Source: Anaerolineaceae bacterium (GTDB lineage Bacteria; Chloroflexota; Anaerolineae; Anaerolineales; Anaerolineaceae). From it: a stretch of DNA of 64,000 nucleotides. The position numbers and the translations under genes are program-made. The notes below the pieces were generated by a model that ran no database searches, was not told the DNA's origin, and was given only the letters and a program-made list of their open reading frames with translations. The stretch is taken from positions 60,545 through 124,544 of the forward strand of contig BAABOD010000001.1 in the NCBI GenBank assembly GCA_040371255.1. The letters are read 5' to 3'. Below are positions 25,698 through 35,926 of this stretch, in pieces. Positions within the stretch are counted from its first letter, which is position 1. The number at the start of each line of letters is the position of its first letter.

Positions 25698-26537
25698 ATG
25701 CTGCAAGAAAAGAACATCGCAATTATCGGCCCAGGTGTGATGGGAAAAACACTCGCTTTAAGCCTAATTCGCACCGGAAATTTGCCGCCTGAGCAGATAG
25801 CCATGGCTGGTCCAAACACCGACCGGTTAAACCAGCTGGCTTCAGAACTTGGCGTGCGAACATTTTCCGATAATCTAGCCGCAAGCAATGCCGCAGATAT
25901 CGTTATCCTAGCAGTGAAACCTCAGCGCCTGGATGAAGCCACCCAAACCTTAAAGGGCAATTTATCTCCGGGGAAACTGGTGATTTCCATCCTTGCTGGC
26001 GTGCCCATTTCCGTGCTGGAACAGAAGTTAGCCACACGCTGCATCGTGCGCGCCATGCCCAATACGCCTGCCCGCATAGGTTTAGGAATCACGGTGTGGA
26101 CCAAAGCTGCAGATGTCGATGAGACGCAACAGCAAACAGCTGCTCAAATTATGCGCACCTTTGGTGAGGAGATTTTTGTGGCTGATGAAGCCTATCTGGA
26201 TATGGCTACGGCGCTCTCAGGCACCGGTCCAGCTTATGTGTTCTTATTTATGGAAGCGATGATCGACGCTGGCGTCCACATGGGCTTCCCGCGGCGCATC
26301 GCGGAGCAGCTGGTGGTGCAAACCTTGCGCGGAAGTACAGAGTTTTACGTGCAGAGCCATGGGCATCCTGCGGAATTGCGGGATGACGTCACCTCGCCCG
26401 GAGGTACCTCCGCGGAGGCGTTGTACTACCTCGAGAAAGCTGGTTTTCGCACGGCGATCTCGCGCGCGATATGGGCAGCTTACCAGCGCGGTATTGAGCT
26501 GGGCAAGGGTATTAGCAAGCAAACGTTAGAAGAATAG
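25698..26537 (+). CDS. proC: pyrroline-5-carboxylate reductase
   Basis: NIAIIGPGVMGKTL Rossmann motif. VRAMPNTPA. C-terminal TSPGGTSAEAL motif. Confidence 0.92.
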   Translation: MLQEKNIAIIGPGVMGKTLALSLIRTGNLPPEQIAMAGPNTDRLNQLASELGVRTFSDNLAASNAADIVILAVKPQRLDEATQTLKGNLSPGKLVISILAGVPISVLEQKLATRCIVRAMPNTPARIGLGITVWTKAADVDETQQQTAAQIMRTFGEEIFVADEAYLDMATALSGTGPAYVFLFMEAMIDAGVHMGFPRRIAEQLVVQTLRGSTEFYVQSHGHPAELRDDVTSPGGTSAEALYYLEKAGFRTAISRAIWAAYQRGIELGKGISKQTLEE

Positions 26538-26653
26538 TGGGTATTCGCGGAAGAATCTGATTTCCGGAGAGCCCCTCAGCCAGAAAAGCAACACTAATCT
26601 TGCACGCAATTGAACAGGGTAAAATCCTGACCAATTAAAGTTAAGCTGACTGT

Positions 26654-27175
26654 CTACATCTCCCAGAAGCCGCCCCAGGGAACACGAAAACTGCTTATCA
26701 CCAAAATGACGCCTAAGAGAATATAAAAAATGATCATTGCCGTGCGGCTGGCTTTGGAAAGTTTTACATCGCTCAGATCGCGTTCAATCAGCAACGTCCC
26801 GAAGCCGACCAACAGGAAGACCACGTTGGCATACAGTACCTCCAGACCCGCTGTTGGCATCCCCGTCCCAGTGATAGCTGGCAAAATGTACCAAAGGAAG
26901 GTAGCGAGGCAGACAATCCAGACCGAAAGCAGGCGTGAATCCAGAAATTGCAGCCTCTGTTCAGGTTGGACTCGACGAAAGAGATATTCCACCAGGCTCA
27001 CAAAGGTATAAGCAAAGTAGGACATTTTGATGTGTTGTGCGACGGCTTCACTGGTGCCGGAAAACACAGCTAAAAACGGCGAAGGAAAGAAATCATAGGC
27101 AAAATGCAAGGCAATAAAGGCGAGCCAAAAGGCTAATAGCTTCTGTAAGATAGGTTTGAGCGAACGATCAGCCAT
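26654..27175 (-). CDS. integral membrane protein, unknown function
   Basis: Start taken at MADRSLKP (RBS GGGAG). The 34 upstream codons of the track ORF run into a repeat element. About 5 TM segments. Confidence 0.55.
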   Translation of the reverse strand: MADRSLKPILQKLLAFWLAFIALHFAYDFFPSPFLAVFSGTSEAVAQHIKMSYFAYTFVSLVEYLFRRVQPEQRLQFLDSRLLSVWIVCLATFLWYILPAITGTGMPTAGLEVLYANVVFLLVGFGTLLIERDLSDVKLSKASRTAMIIFYILLGVILVISSFRVPWGGFWEM

Positions 27176-27267
27176 GGATATCTCCCAAAAATAAAGGTGT
27201 TTCAATTTTACCCAATAGCAGCACAACTTTAACAGAATCTTGCGCATCATCATAACCTGCTTCGTCT

Positions 27268-27321
27268 GTTCTTGCATGGTACCTTACGGGTAGGCTGTGC
27301 AACTCAGAAACCTGTAAGAAC
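27268..27321 (+). repeat. HP1 repeat unit carrying an L-module insertion
   Basis: GTTCTTGCATGG[TACCTTACGGGTAGGCTGTGCAACTC]AGAAACCTGTAAGAAC. Confidence 0.75.
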
Positions 27322-27500
27322 ATTGATTGGAAAGTTTGATATGACGAGTATTTCAGCCTATGACCGATCACTATTTCAACCCAGAATACTCTTGACAGTC
27401 AACATAGTTACTGCGAGGAGAGCGCTCTTTGCCCGACGAAGCAATCTTATCTACCGTGGCAAAAGATTGCTTCGCCCCGCTGGGCTCGCAATGACAATAG

Positions 27501-27573
27501 CTCGCTGGTCCTTACAGGAGGTTCCGCACTGAGGACACCAACGAGAACTGAGATTGTGGAGACCGGCGAGAAC
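27501..27573 (+). repeat. HP3 repeat unit with loop insertion plus a terminal GGAGACCGGCGAGAAC unit
   Basis: CTCGCTGGT[CCTTACAGGAGGTTCCGCACTG]AGGACACCAACGAGAAC ... GGAGACCGGCGAGAAC. Near-identical to 9557..9604. Confidence 0.8.
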
Positions 27574-27684
27574 AAAAAGGGATCCATTTTGTCCAGCCTA
27601 ACCATGTTTTGGCGTGCTGTTTGGTTTTATAATAATAAGTTGCACTAGTTAAATAGAACAAATATACCATTTTAGAAGGATTTT

Positions 27685-30591
27685 ATGCCTCAAGAAAACC
27701 TGCGCGTCATCGGCGCACGCGAACATAACCTCAAAAACATTACCGTCGAGATCCCGCGCGACAAACTTGTTGTGCTCACCGGACTCTCCGGTTCCGGTAA
27801 GTCTTCCTTGGCGTTCGATACTATCTTTGCCGAGGGCCAGCGCCGTTATGTGGAGTCGCTTTCTTCCTATGCCCGCCAATTCCTCGGACAAATGAACAAA
27901 CCGGATGTGGACGCCATCGAAGGGCTCTCGCCGGCGGTTTCCATCGACCAAAAAGGCACCACGCACAACCCACGCTCAACCGTGGGCACGGTCACCGAGA
28001 TTTATGACTACTTGCGTTTGCTCTTTGCCCGCGTGGGCATCCCGCACTGCCCTGTTTGCGGACGGCCGGTACAAAAGCAATCCGCGGATGAAATTGTCAA
28101 TGCAATCTTAGGATTACATGAAGGCAGCCGCCTGCTAATTCTCTCCCCGGTGGTGCGTGAGCGCAAGGGCACTTACCAAGCGGTCTTCGAGGACATCAGC
28201 AAGTCCGGTTTTGCGCGCGCACGCGTGGATGGTAACGTCTTTAGCTTGGACGAAGAAATCAAGCTGGACCGATACAAAAAGCACACCATCGAGGCAGTCG
28301 TCGACCGTGTGGTCATCTCCCACCCCGAAAACGAAGCAGATGAGAAAGCCCAACGCTCACGCCTAACCGACTCCGTCGAGACGGCGCTGCGCTATGGGGA
28401 TGGATACGTGACGGTGCAAAACCTGAGCAGCGATCCACCCGAAGATATCCAATTTTCGGAGAACTTAGCCTGCCCGGAACACGGCTCCATCCTAATCGAA
28501 ATCGAGCCGCGTACGTTTTCCTTCAACACGCCCCACGGCGCCTGCCCCACCTGCCAAGGCTTAGGCACTATGCAGGAAATTGACCCAGACTTGCTCATCC
28601 CCGATAAAAGCATCTCGCTACGGGATGGCGCCATCGCAGCACTAGAATGGTCTGGACCGCGTGAGGAAGGTGGCTACTACTGGCAAATGCTCGAATCCCT
28701 GGCTAAAAGTGCCCATATCGACCTGGACCAGCCCGTCAGCAAGCTGACCAAAGCTCAGCTGAACCTCGTGCTCTACGGCACGCAGGGCAAAGAAATCCCG
28801 GTGGAGTACACGCGCCATAACGGTCACGAGTCAGTCTTCTACACCCCTTTTGAAGGCGTGATCAACAACCTGCAGCGCCGCTACCGCGAGACCCAATCTG
28901 AATACATCCGCATGCGCATCGCCGAATTTATGGGCGAAAAGCCCTGCCCAGAGTGCGGCGGTAAGCGCCTGCGCAAGGAAGCTTTAGCCGTCACCGTGGA
29001 TGGCTTCAACATCATCGACGTGACCGAATGGCCCGTCAATAAGACTCTCGCTTGGATTGAGCATTTAGCCTCTCCAGCCGATTCGCCGCTCACCACGCGC
29101 GAGAAAGCCATCGCCGAACGCATCTTCAAGGAGATCACATCGCGTTTGGGCTTCTTGGTGGATGTGGGGCTGGATTATCTCACTTTGCAGCGCTCCGCGA
29201 GCACGCTTTCTGGCGGCGAGGCGCAGCGCATCCGCTTAGCCACGCAGGTCGGCTCGCGCCTGATGGGCGTGCTGTATGTGCTGGATGAGCCTTCCATCGG
29301 CTTGCACCCGCGCGATACCCGCCGGCTGCTGAACACCCTGGAGGGCTTGCGCGACTTGGGCAATACCGTCCTGGTGGTGGAGCATGATGACGAAACTATC
29401 CGCAGCGCCGATTGGGTGGTCGACCTTGGCCCTGGCGCCGGCGAGCACGGTGGCAAGGTGATTGCCGAGGGCACGCCAGAACAAATCCAGCAGGTGCCCG
29501 AGAGCCTGACCGGTGCGTACCTCTCCGGGCGGCTTGTCGTACCCGTCCCCGAGCAGCGCCGCCCGGGCAACGGCAAACACTTACGCATCATCGGCGCGGC
29601 TGCTAACAACCTCAAGAACCTCTCCGTTGATATCCCCTTGGGCAAGTTCGTGTGCATCACGGGCGTCTCGGGTTCAGGCAAGTCCACCTTACTCGTGGAC
29701 GTGCTCTATAACGCACTGGCACGCCAGCTGATGGGCGCGCACACCCAAGCCGGCGCTTACCAGCGCATCGAGGGTACCGAAAACTTGGATAAGATCATCA
29801 ACATCGATCAATCCCCCATCGGGCGCACCCCGCGCTCGAACCCCGCCACCTACACCGGCGTCTTCGATGATATCCGCGACCTGTTTGCCAGCATGCCAGA
29901 AGCCAAAATGCGGGGTTATACCAAAGGGCGCTTTTCCTTCAACGTAAAGGGTGGGCGCTGCGAAGCTTGCCAGGGGCAGGGTGAGCTGCGCATCGAGATG
30001 CAGTTCCTGCCAGATGTGTACGTCCCCTGCGAAGTGTGCCACGGTAAGCGCTATAACCACGAAACCCTGCAAGTGCGCTTCAAAGATCTCAACATTGCGG
30101 ATGTGCTCGACCTGTCGGTGGATCAAGCCTTGGAGCTTTTCTCTGCTTTCCCGCGTATCCAGCGCCGGCTGGAGACGCTGCAAGCCGTGGGCTTGGGCTA
30201 TATCCGCTTAGGGCAATCGGCGCCCACGCTCTCCGGCGGCGAGGCACAGCGCGTTAAGCTTGCCAAAGAGCTCTCGCGGCGCGCCACAGGCAGCACGCTG
30301 TATGTGTTGGATGAACCTTCGGTAGGTTTGCATGCCGCCGATGTGCACCGCCTGATCGAGGTGCTGCAATCGCTGGTGGATGCCGGCAACACGGTAGTCG
30401 TTATCGAGCACAACCTGGATATCATCAAGGTGGCGGATTGGATCATCGACCTGGGACCTGAGGGGGGCGAAAAGGGCGGCGAGCTGGTGGCGGAGGGCAC
30501 CCCCGAGCAGCTGTGCGGCAGCCCAGCTTCGTATACGGGGCAATACCTGCAAAAGTACGTCCGCCAGGTGCACCAGCGCGAGTGTGTGTAA
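27685..30591 (+). CDS. uvrA: excinuclease ABC subunit A
   Basis: 968 aa. Two ABC ATPase modules ([24 protein letters not shown]), LSGGEAQR signatures x2, zinc-finger cysteines. Confidence 0.97.
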   Translation: MPQENLRVIGAREHNLKNITVEIPRDKLVVLTGLSGSGKSSLAFDTIFAEGQRRYVESLSSYARQFLGQMNKPDVDAIEGLSPAVSIDQKGTTHNPRSTVGTVTEIYDYLRLLFARVGIPHCPVCGRPVQKQSADEIVNAILGLHEGSRLLILSPVVRERKGTYQAVFEDISKSGFARARVDGNVFSLDEEIKLDRYKKHTIEAVVDRVVISHPENEADEKAQRSRLTDSVETALRYGDGYVTVQNLSSDPPEDIQFSENLACPEHGSILIEIEPRTFSFNTPHGACPTCQGLGTMQEIDPDLLIPDKSISLRDGAIAALEWSGPREEGGYYWQMLESLAKSAHIDLDQPVSKLTKAQLNLVLYGTQGKEIPVEYTRHNGHESVFYTPFEGVINNLQRRYRETQSEYIRMRIAEFMGEKPCPECGGKRLRKEALAVTVDGFNIIDVTEWPVNKTLAWIEHLASPADSPLTTREKAIAERIFKEITSRLGFLVDVGLDYLTLQRSASTLSGGEAQRIRLATQVGSRLMGVLYVLDEPSIGLHPRDTRRLLNTLEGLRDLGNTVLVVEHDDETIRSADWVVDLGPGAGEHGGKVIAEGTPEQIQQVPESLTGAYLSGRLVVPVPEQRRPGNGKHLRIIGAAANNLKNLSVDIPLGKFVCITGVSGSGKSTLLVDVLYNALARQLMGAHTQAGAYQRIEGTENLDKIINIDQSPIGRTPRSNPATYTGVFDDIRDLFASMPEAKMRGYTKGRFSFNVKGGRCEACQGQGELRIEMQFLPDVYVPCEVCHGKRYNHETLQVRFKDLNIADVLDLSVDQALELFSAFPRIQRRLETLQAVGLGYIRLGQSAPTLSGGEAQRVKLAKELSRRATGSTLYVLDEPSVGLHAADVHRLIEVLQSLVDAGNTVVVIEHNLDIIKVADWIIDLGPEGGEKGGELVAEGTPEQLCGSPASYTGQYLQKYVRQVHQRECV

Positions 30592-30623
30592 AGCGCGTGA
30601 AAGCCGTTTGAACAGACCCCATT

Positions 30624-30742
30624 GTTCTTGTTCTTGCATGGTCTCCTGACCATGCAAGGCTTTTGACCTTCAGGTCTCAAAATGTTTGAAATGCGGAGAC
30701 CTACGGTCAAACCCACTCGCACGGTCGGAGACCGGCGAGAAC
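30624..30742 (+). repeat. composite three-hairpin repeat element immediately downstream of uvrA
   Basis: GTTCTTGTTCTTGCATGG-TCTCCTGA-CCATGCAAG; TTGACCTTCAGGTCTC..GGAGACCTACGGTCAA; ..GGAGACCGGCGAGAAC. Confidence 0.85.
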
Positions 30743-30752
30743 AAGGAATAAC

Positions 30753-31787
30753 TTATTTTGAGCTACGCAGCTTACCAATCTTTTCTAATTTACCTGTTTC
30801 AGGGTTCAGATAATGCCAAAAATCCCAGCCATTTACAGATTTCCAAGCTGTTGTAATGGTCTTAGCAGCTTCTGAAGGGGTTTTGTATATTTTACCGTTT
30901 AACTCGATGGAGCCTATAAGCGATAATAGCCTTGCATGATAATTAGTGCCCCTATACCTTGCTTGAATATATAATGGAAACTTAATCCCATCTTTAACTA
31001 CAGGTATTTGGGGTTGCTTAATGCTTTGGTCCTTTGATGTATCCTGTTCAAGAACATTGATATTTAAGACCTCTTTCCAATAATCTGCATCTATAACAGG
31101 AATTGTGTATTCTTCATCCTTTACGCCTACGTGATATTGAATCAATAAATCTACAAGTTGTTCTCCATTAATCAATTGAATAGGGGTTTTTCCAGGTGCA
31201 TTCGCTTCATCTCTTGCAGTAGGTGTAAAGTCACTCGGGGTGATAATAATTCCTTGCTCCGCAGCACCAATCAATAAAGAGCCTCGTAAGTTTCTTACGA
31301 TCCCAGAACCTACGTTGTTTTTCCATCGTTTTGCTTGTACAGCTACCTTCACAACACTGAGTGGGTTAGATCGTAAAATACCTCGGACATCCACTCCTTT
31401 ATCATTGGTTAGGCTCGTTTGCTCAGTTTCTTCAAAACCCATAGCCTCTAATAACCGTAATATCAGTTCCTCAAATTTTTGTGCACTCAATTTAAGTAAT
31501 AAGATTTTTAAGTCTTTGCGAAAAGTTGTATTGATTTTTTCTATCTGCTGTTGGATACCAGGGGCAGACGTTGATTTAAGCGCAAAAGTGCCTGGCTTTG
31601 TGCCCCTTATAAAACGCGAGTCTGGTTTTATTGTGTCTGTATAAAGCAGTGCCCCCATCGAAGCTTCAGGTGTTCGGCCAGCGGTTTCTAATAGATTTTT
31701 TCGCAACGCCCTAGAAGCGATTTCTTTATAGTGCAAAGGTTCACTCGATTCCTTCAAAATGACATAAGCAGCTTCTTTAAATTGCAT
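30753..31787 (-). CDS. mrr: Mrr-type restriction endonuclease with N-terminal HARE-HTH and C-terminal RAMA-like domain
   Basis: N-terminus FKEAAYVILKESSEPLHYKEIASRAL...GTFAL (HARE-HTH). FEELILRLLEAMGF...GVDVRG...VAVQAKRW...VRNLRGSL (Mrr_cat D..QxK). C-terminus YKTPSEAAKTITTAWKSVNGWDFWHY (RAMA signature). AT-rich. Confidence 0.7.
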   Translation of the reverse strand: MQFKEAAYVILKESSEPLHYKEIASRALRKNLLETAGRTPEASMGALLYTDTIKPDSRFIRGTKPGTFALKSTSAPGIQQQIEKINTTFRKDLKILLLKLSAQKFEELILRLLEAMGFEETEQTSLTNDKGVDVRGILRSNPLSVVKVAVQAKRWKNNVGSGIVRNLRGSLLIGAAEQGIIITPSDFTPTARDEANAPGKTPIQLINGEQLVDLLIQYHVGVKDEEYTIPVIDADYWKEVLNINVLEQDTSKDQSIKQPQIPVVKDGIKFPLYIQARYRGTNYHARLLSLIGSIELNGKIYKTPSEAAKTITTAWKSVNGWDFWHYLNPETGKLEKIGKLRSSK

Positions 31788-32078
31788 GGTTTTTACCTCT
31801 CCTGAAAGCTAAACATCTGCAATGTAGAGTCTCACATCAGACTCGCTTCGTTGCCAGTGCATTCACTGAAGACTAAACAATAATTTACTTAATTGTAACA
31901 TTATGGTACACAAAAATACTTTACTTCTAAATCAATTTTGATCGCTACAGAACATTCGCCGATAATGTTTGTAATTTTCTTGCCTTTTTTCTGTAATGGT
32001 ATACTTGACACAACTCGAAATTAGTCATTAAGGGCATTGCAAGTATCCCTTACGCGCTTAAGTCGAAAGGATATTATT

Positions 32079-32807
32079 ATGGCTAAGAAAAAATCTTACA
32101 GCTCGCTTTCCTCTTACCGTAAGAAGAAAAAACGCGGGAATACCTTCATCAGCGTGCTGGCTGGTTTGCTCATCGTAGCGGGGCTGGTGCTCGTGGTCAT
32201 GTGGGCTACGGGCAACTTGGCAGGCTCCCCTGGCTGGTTCGCCACTAAAACCCCCACCCCAACCTCTACGGCTACCCCCACACCGGTAACGCCTACCAAT
32301 ACCGCCACGAATACCCCCACCATCACCGAGACGCCAACCATCACGCCCACCTTCACCCCCTCAGCACCGTTCGAATACGTGGTGCAGGAAGACGATAATT
32401 GCCAGACGATTGCCGAGAAGTTCGATGCCGATATTGAGGTTCTGCTCTACTTGAATAACCTGGACAGCCGCTGCATCATTTACGTGGGCGATACCATCCT
32501 CATACCAGCCCCAGGGCAGGAGATGCCTACCGCTACACCGCTGCCCACCGATATCCGTCCTGGCACGATAATCGATTACATCGTGCGCGCCGGCGACACT
32601 CTGGAGGGCTTAGCGATCCGCTTCAACACCACCGTCGAAAAGATTCTCTACGAGACTAACCGCGACCGCCGGAGCAAGAACTTAGATATTATTGAGGATA
32701 ATACTGACCTGTACATCGGCGACCTGCTCAAGATACCGGTGAACTTGGTGACGCCACAGCCCACCGCTACCGCCACCCGAACCCGTACGCCAACCCCCAC
32801 ACCCTAA
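32079..32807 (+). CDS. membrane-anchored LysM-domain protein with Pro/Thr-rich linkers
   Basis: MAKKKSYSS.., one TM segment, TPTPTSTATPTP linker, two LysM-like units (YVVQEDDNCQTIAEKF...GDTILIP; YIVRAGDTLEGLAIRF...GDLLKIP). Confidence 0.8.
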   Translation: MAKKKSYSSLSSYRKKKKRGNTFISVLAGLLIVAGLVLVVMWATGNLAGSPGWFATKTPTPTSTATPTPVTPTNTATNTPTITETPTITPTFTPSAPFEYVVQEDDNCQTIAEKFDADIEVLLYLNNLDSRCIIYVGDTILIPAPGQEMPTATPLPTDIRPGTIIDYIVRAGDTLEGLAIRFNTTVEKILYETNRDRRSKNLDIIEDNTDLYIGDLLKIPVNLVTPQPTATATRTRTPTPTP

Positions 32808-32827
32808 ATAGGGTGATTGTCACAACA

Positions 32828-32855
32828 AAAGGACACGCTCGCGCGTGTCCTTTTT
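32828..32855. terminator. terminator hairpin between convergent genes
   Basis: AAAGGACACGC-tcgc-GCGTGTCCTTT followed by TT. Confidence 0.65.
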
Positions 32856-32878
32856 AATACTGCAAGCTTTTTGTCGGA

Positions 32879-33415
32879 TTACTTTTTCCGGTCGAGGCTC
32901 TCCAGCTCGGGGAGATTTTCCTTCTCGCAAATCGTCTCGATTTCATAGTCGAGGAAGGAGTTCAAGAGCACGCGCAGCAGCACAATTGCAAGCAAGATGA
33001 TGATCTCAGAGAAGCTTGGCGAGCGGGCGATGCGCAGGATATCCGACGCCATCGCGAATTCCAAGCTCAGGCTAAGCTGGGGACCCAACCCGATGCGCAG
33101 CGCTTCTGAACGGCGCATTTGCCGCACCAACGATACATCTGTACTGTATCTAATATATCGAACCAAAGTTTTTACCGTGCCCACCAAGATCACAAAAACC
33201 GCAGCTAGTTCACAAAACAGAGCGGCATAATCTACAATGTACTTAAAATATTCATCCAGCTTCGTCTCACTCGGGGTCCCGCTGACATCATGTCCGACGC
33301 CGATTGCAATGATCACCACAAGCGCTATGAGAATGATCGTTGGCAGATAGAGACGCCCGATTATTTTTCTAAAACTATCATGGTTGTGTTTTGGTTTGGT
33401 TGGTTGCTCAGTCAC
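32879..33415 (-). CDS. DUF1622-like membrane protein
   Basis: RIGLGPQLSLSLEFAMASDILRIA motif and 4 TM segments. Confidence 0.5.
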   Translation of the reverse strand: MTEQPTKPKHNHDSFRKIIGRLYLPTIILIALVVIIAIGVGHDVSGTPSETKLDEYFKYIVDYAALFCELAAVFVILVGTVKTLVRYIRYSTDVSLVRQMRRSEALRIGLGPQLSLSLEFAMASDILRIARSPSFSEIIILLAIVLLRVLLNSFLDYEIETICEKENLPELESLDRKK

Positions 33416-33431
33416 ACATCCCTCCGTCAGA

Positions 33432-34478
33432 CTAATCTGCTGCGATCAATTTAACAATGGTGCCATCACTGGCTGCTGATTGGAAAAGTGCATCCATGAC
33501 CACCAGGTTATTGACTGCATCCGAGAGCGGGAAGCGTGGGGCTTCTTTGCTGGCGACCACATTGTAGAAGTGCTCGACCATCTTTTGGTACGCATCTTCG
33601 CGCTTGAACTTAAATCGCTTAGTTTCACTGCCCTTAAGCAGGTAGGCTTCCGAAGCTTCTTTACCAGGGTTGAAGGATTTTTCGAAGCTCAATACGCCTT
33701 CCGTACCGATAATGCGCGTGTATTGCTGGGGGGCAGCGTTAAAGGCGACATCAAAGTGGGTGAAAAGTTGCTCGCCAAAATCGAGTGTGCCAGACATCTG
33801 CAAGTCCACGTTGGTGCTGCCCATGTAGCTCAACGCCTGCACCTGACGGGGTTCGTGCCCAACCAGCAGCCGCTGGAAGTTGATACAGTAGCAGCCTAGG
33901 TCGTAGAGCGCACCGCCACCCAGAGCCGCAGAAAGCCGGTAGTCGTTGGGGTTGGTCAGCTGGAAGCTAAACGTAGATTGGATAAAGCGCAACTGACCCA
34001 AGCTGCCACCCTTGACGATTTCCATAATTTCCTCGAAGCGGGGATGGTAGCGGTACATAAAAGCTTCCATTAACAGAACGGAGTGCTCGAGTGAAGTCGC
34101 CACCATCAGCTGGGCTTCGTCAGCATTGACCGCGAAAGGTTTTTCCACCAGCACATGCTTGCCAGCTTCCATGGCTTTAATCGCCCAGGGTCCGTGTTCG
34201 CTATTGGGCAGCGGGATATAAACCGCGTCAATATCCGCATCCTGAAGCAATTCATCATAGCTGCCGTAAGCTTTCGGAATGGCATTAGCTTGGGCAAACT
34301 GCTGCGCACGCATCAGGTCACGGCTGGCGACGGCGGTTACTAGGTTGTGCCGGCTCGCTTTCAGCGCTGGAATTACTGCCTTAGCGGCAATGCGCGCGGT
34401 GCCGAGCACACCCCAGTTCAGGTTTTCCTTTTTAAATGGAATTGTTTTAGATTCACTGATAGATGATAGAATAGTCAT
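33432..34478 (-). CDS. Gfo/Idh/MocA family oxidoreductase
   Basis: LNWGVLGTARIAAKAVIPAL Rossmann N-terminus, EKP motif (VLVEKPFA). Confidence 0.85.
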   Translation of the reverse strand: MTILSSISESKTIPFKKENLNWGVLGTARIAAKAVIPALKASRHNLVTAVASRDLMRAQQFAQANAIPKAYGSYDELLQDADIDAVYIPLPNSEHGPWAIKAMEAGKHVLVEKPFAVNADEAQLMVATSLEHSVLLMEAFMYRYHPRFEEIMEIVKGGSLGQLRFIQSTFSFQLTNPNDYRLSAALGGGALYDLGCYCINFQRLLVGHEPRQVQALSYMGSTNVDLQMSGTLDFGEQLFTHFDVAFNAAPQQYTRIIGTEGVLSFEKSFNPGKEASEAYLLKGSETKRFKFKREDAYQKMVEHFYNVVASKEAPRFPLSDAVNNLVVMDALFQSAASDGTIVKLIAAD

Positions 34479-34573
34479 GCCACCTCTTTTCTTTTAGTAA
34501 AGGACCATTAAAAGCTAATTTGATTATAACCTTTTATAGAGCAAAAATATAAATTTACTTTCGAAGGATTGAG

Positions 34574-35785
34574 ATGAATACGCAAGAAAAAGCTACACAA
34601 GTTCACCAATTTATCGAGTTTCACCGCGAAGAGATCATTAATTTTATGCGAGAGATTTGTGCAATCCCTAGTATGGATTCTCAGATTGAAGCTGTAGGCA
34701 AGCGCATCGGTGCAGAAATGCAAAAATTAGGGTTTGCAGAGGTGCGCTTCGATAAGATGGGTAACATTCTTGGGCGGATTGGCAATGGACCTAAGGTATT
34801 AGTCTACGATTCTCATATCGATACTGTCGGTATTGGGGATCCACAGCAATGGCAATGGGATCCGTTTGAAGGGAAAGTGGAGAATGGCTGCCTCTATGCG
34901 CGCGGGGCATGTGATGAGAAGGGTTCCACTCCAGGGATGATTTATGGTTTGGCAGCTGCCCATAATTTAGGCTTTTTGGAAGGTTGGACTGCTTGGTATT
35001 TTGGCAATATGGAAGAATGGTGTGATGGTATTGCCCCCAATACTTTTGTCGAAGTTGATCCTAGGGTTCGACCAGATTTTGTCGTTATCGGCGAGCCAAC
35101 ACGCATGCAAGTGTACCGCGGGCATAAAGGCAGGGTGGAGCTTCAGGTGATAGCAAAGGGGAAATCTGCTCATGCTGCTTCCAACGAATTAGGCATCAAT
35201 GCGATTTACTTACTTCTTCCAGTGATAGCCGGGGTGAAAGACCTCGAGCCGCAGCTTGGCGATGATCCCTTTTTAGGTCATGGCAAGATCACAGCCACAG
35301 ACATGCACGTCAAGACGCCGAGTATTAACGCTGTTCCTGATGAGGCTACCCTCTTCATCGACCGCCGCATGACCTTTGGGGAGACGAAGGAAGCTGCGCT
35401 CGCGCAGGTAGCTAACCTAATTCCAGGGGAACTACGCGAGCGAATTAAAGTTGAAATTCTTAAGTATGCAGAACCCTCCTATACGGGTTTTGTTTTCCCA
35501 GTGGAGAAGTATTTTCCTGCTTGGGCTCTGGATGAAAGCCATCTTCTCATCAAAGCTGGTCAACAAGTCCGTCAGCTCATCGGATTATCGGCAGCTCCTG
35601 CTGGTAAGTGGAATTTTTCCACGAATGGCATCTATTGGGCTGGCAAAGCAGGAATCCCCTCAATTGGATTTGGACCTGGCGATGAAGTTTTTGCTCACTC
35701 GGTCAATGAACATGTACCCCTTGAGGAAGTGGTAAAAGCAGGAGAGTTTTATGCGCTGCTACCCGGAGAAATTCTTTCAACTTGA
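34574..35785 (+). CDS. ygeY: YgeY-family M20 metallohydrolase
   Basis: MREICAIPSMDS, SHIDTVGIGD, ARGACDEKG, KWNFSTNG, GIPSIGFGPGDEVFAHSVNE. Collinear with E. coli YgeY as I recall it. Confidence 0.7.
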   Translation: MNTQEKATQVHQFIEFHREEIINFMREICAIPSMDSQIEAVGKRIGAEMQKLGFAEVRFDKMGNILGRIGNGPKVLVYDSHIDTVGIGDPQQWQWDPFEGKVENGCLYARGACDEKGSTPGMIYGLAAAHNLGFLEGWTAWYFGNMEEWCDGIAPNTFVEVDPRVRPDFVVIGEPTRMQVYRGHKGRVELQVIAKGKSAHAASNELGINAIYLLLPVIAGVKDLEPQLGDDPFLGHGKITATDMHVKTPSINAVPDEATLFIDRRMTFGETKEAALAQVANLIPGELRERIKVEILKYAEPSYTGFVFPVEKYFPAWALDESHLLIKAGQQVRQLIGLSAAPAGKWNFSTNGIYWAGKAGIPSIGFGPGDEVFAHSVNEHVPLEEVVKAGEFYALLPGEILST

Positions 35786-35926
35786 GAGCAGCGGGATACC
35801 AATTTCGACCCCAACATTGTAGTAACTTTAGGGAGTAGGAAATGCTCTTGATGTTTGGGCAAGTTGCAGGTAAAAACCTATCACAGGTTGTGAATAAGAA
35901 AATAAGGCTAATATAGGAGAGAATAA

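Noticed and set aside
27176-27277. N-terminal 34-codon extension of membrane protein ORF 26654-27277
   Set aside because: The extension runs into repeat element 27268-27321. An internal ATG at 27175 has a GGGAG RBS and begins just before the first hydrophobic segment.
27540-30640. LexA (Cheo-type GAAC-N4-GTTC) boxes formed by the GTTCT/AGAAC repeat ends near uvrA and uvrB
   Set aside because: The half-sites occur, but never with the required 4-nt spacing in inverted orientation. For example, 27655 AGAACAAATATACC lacks the second half-site.
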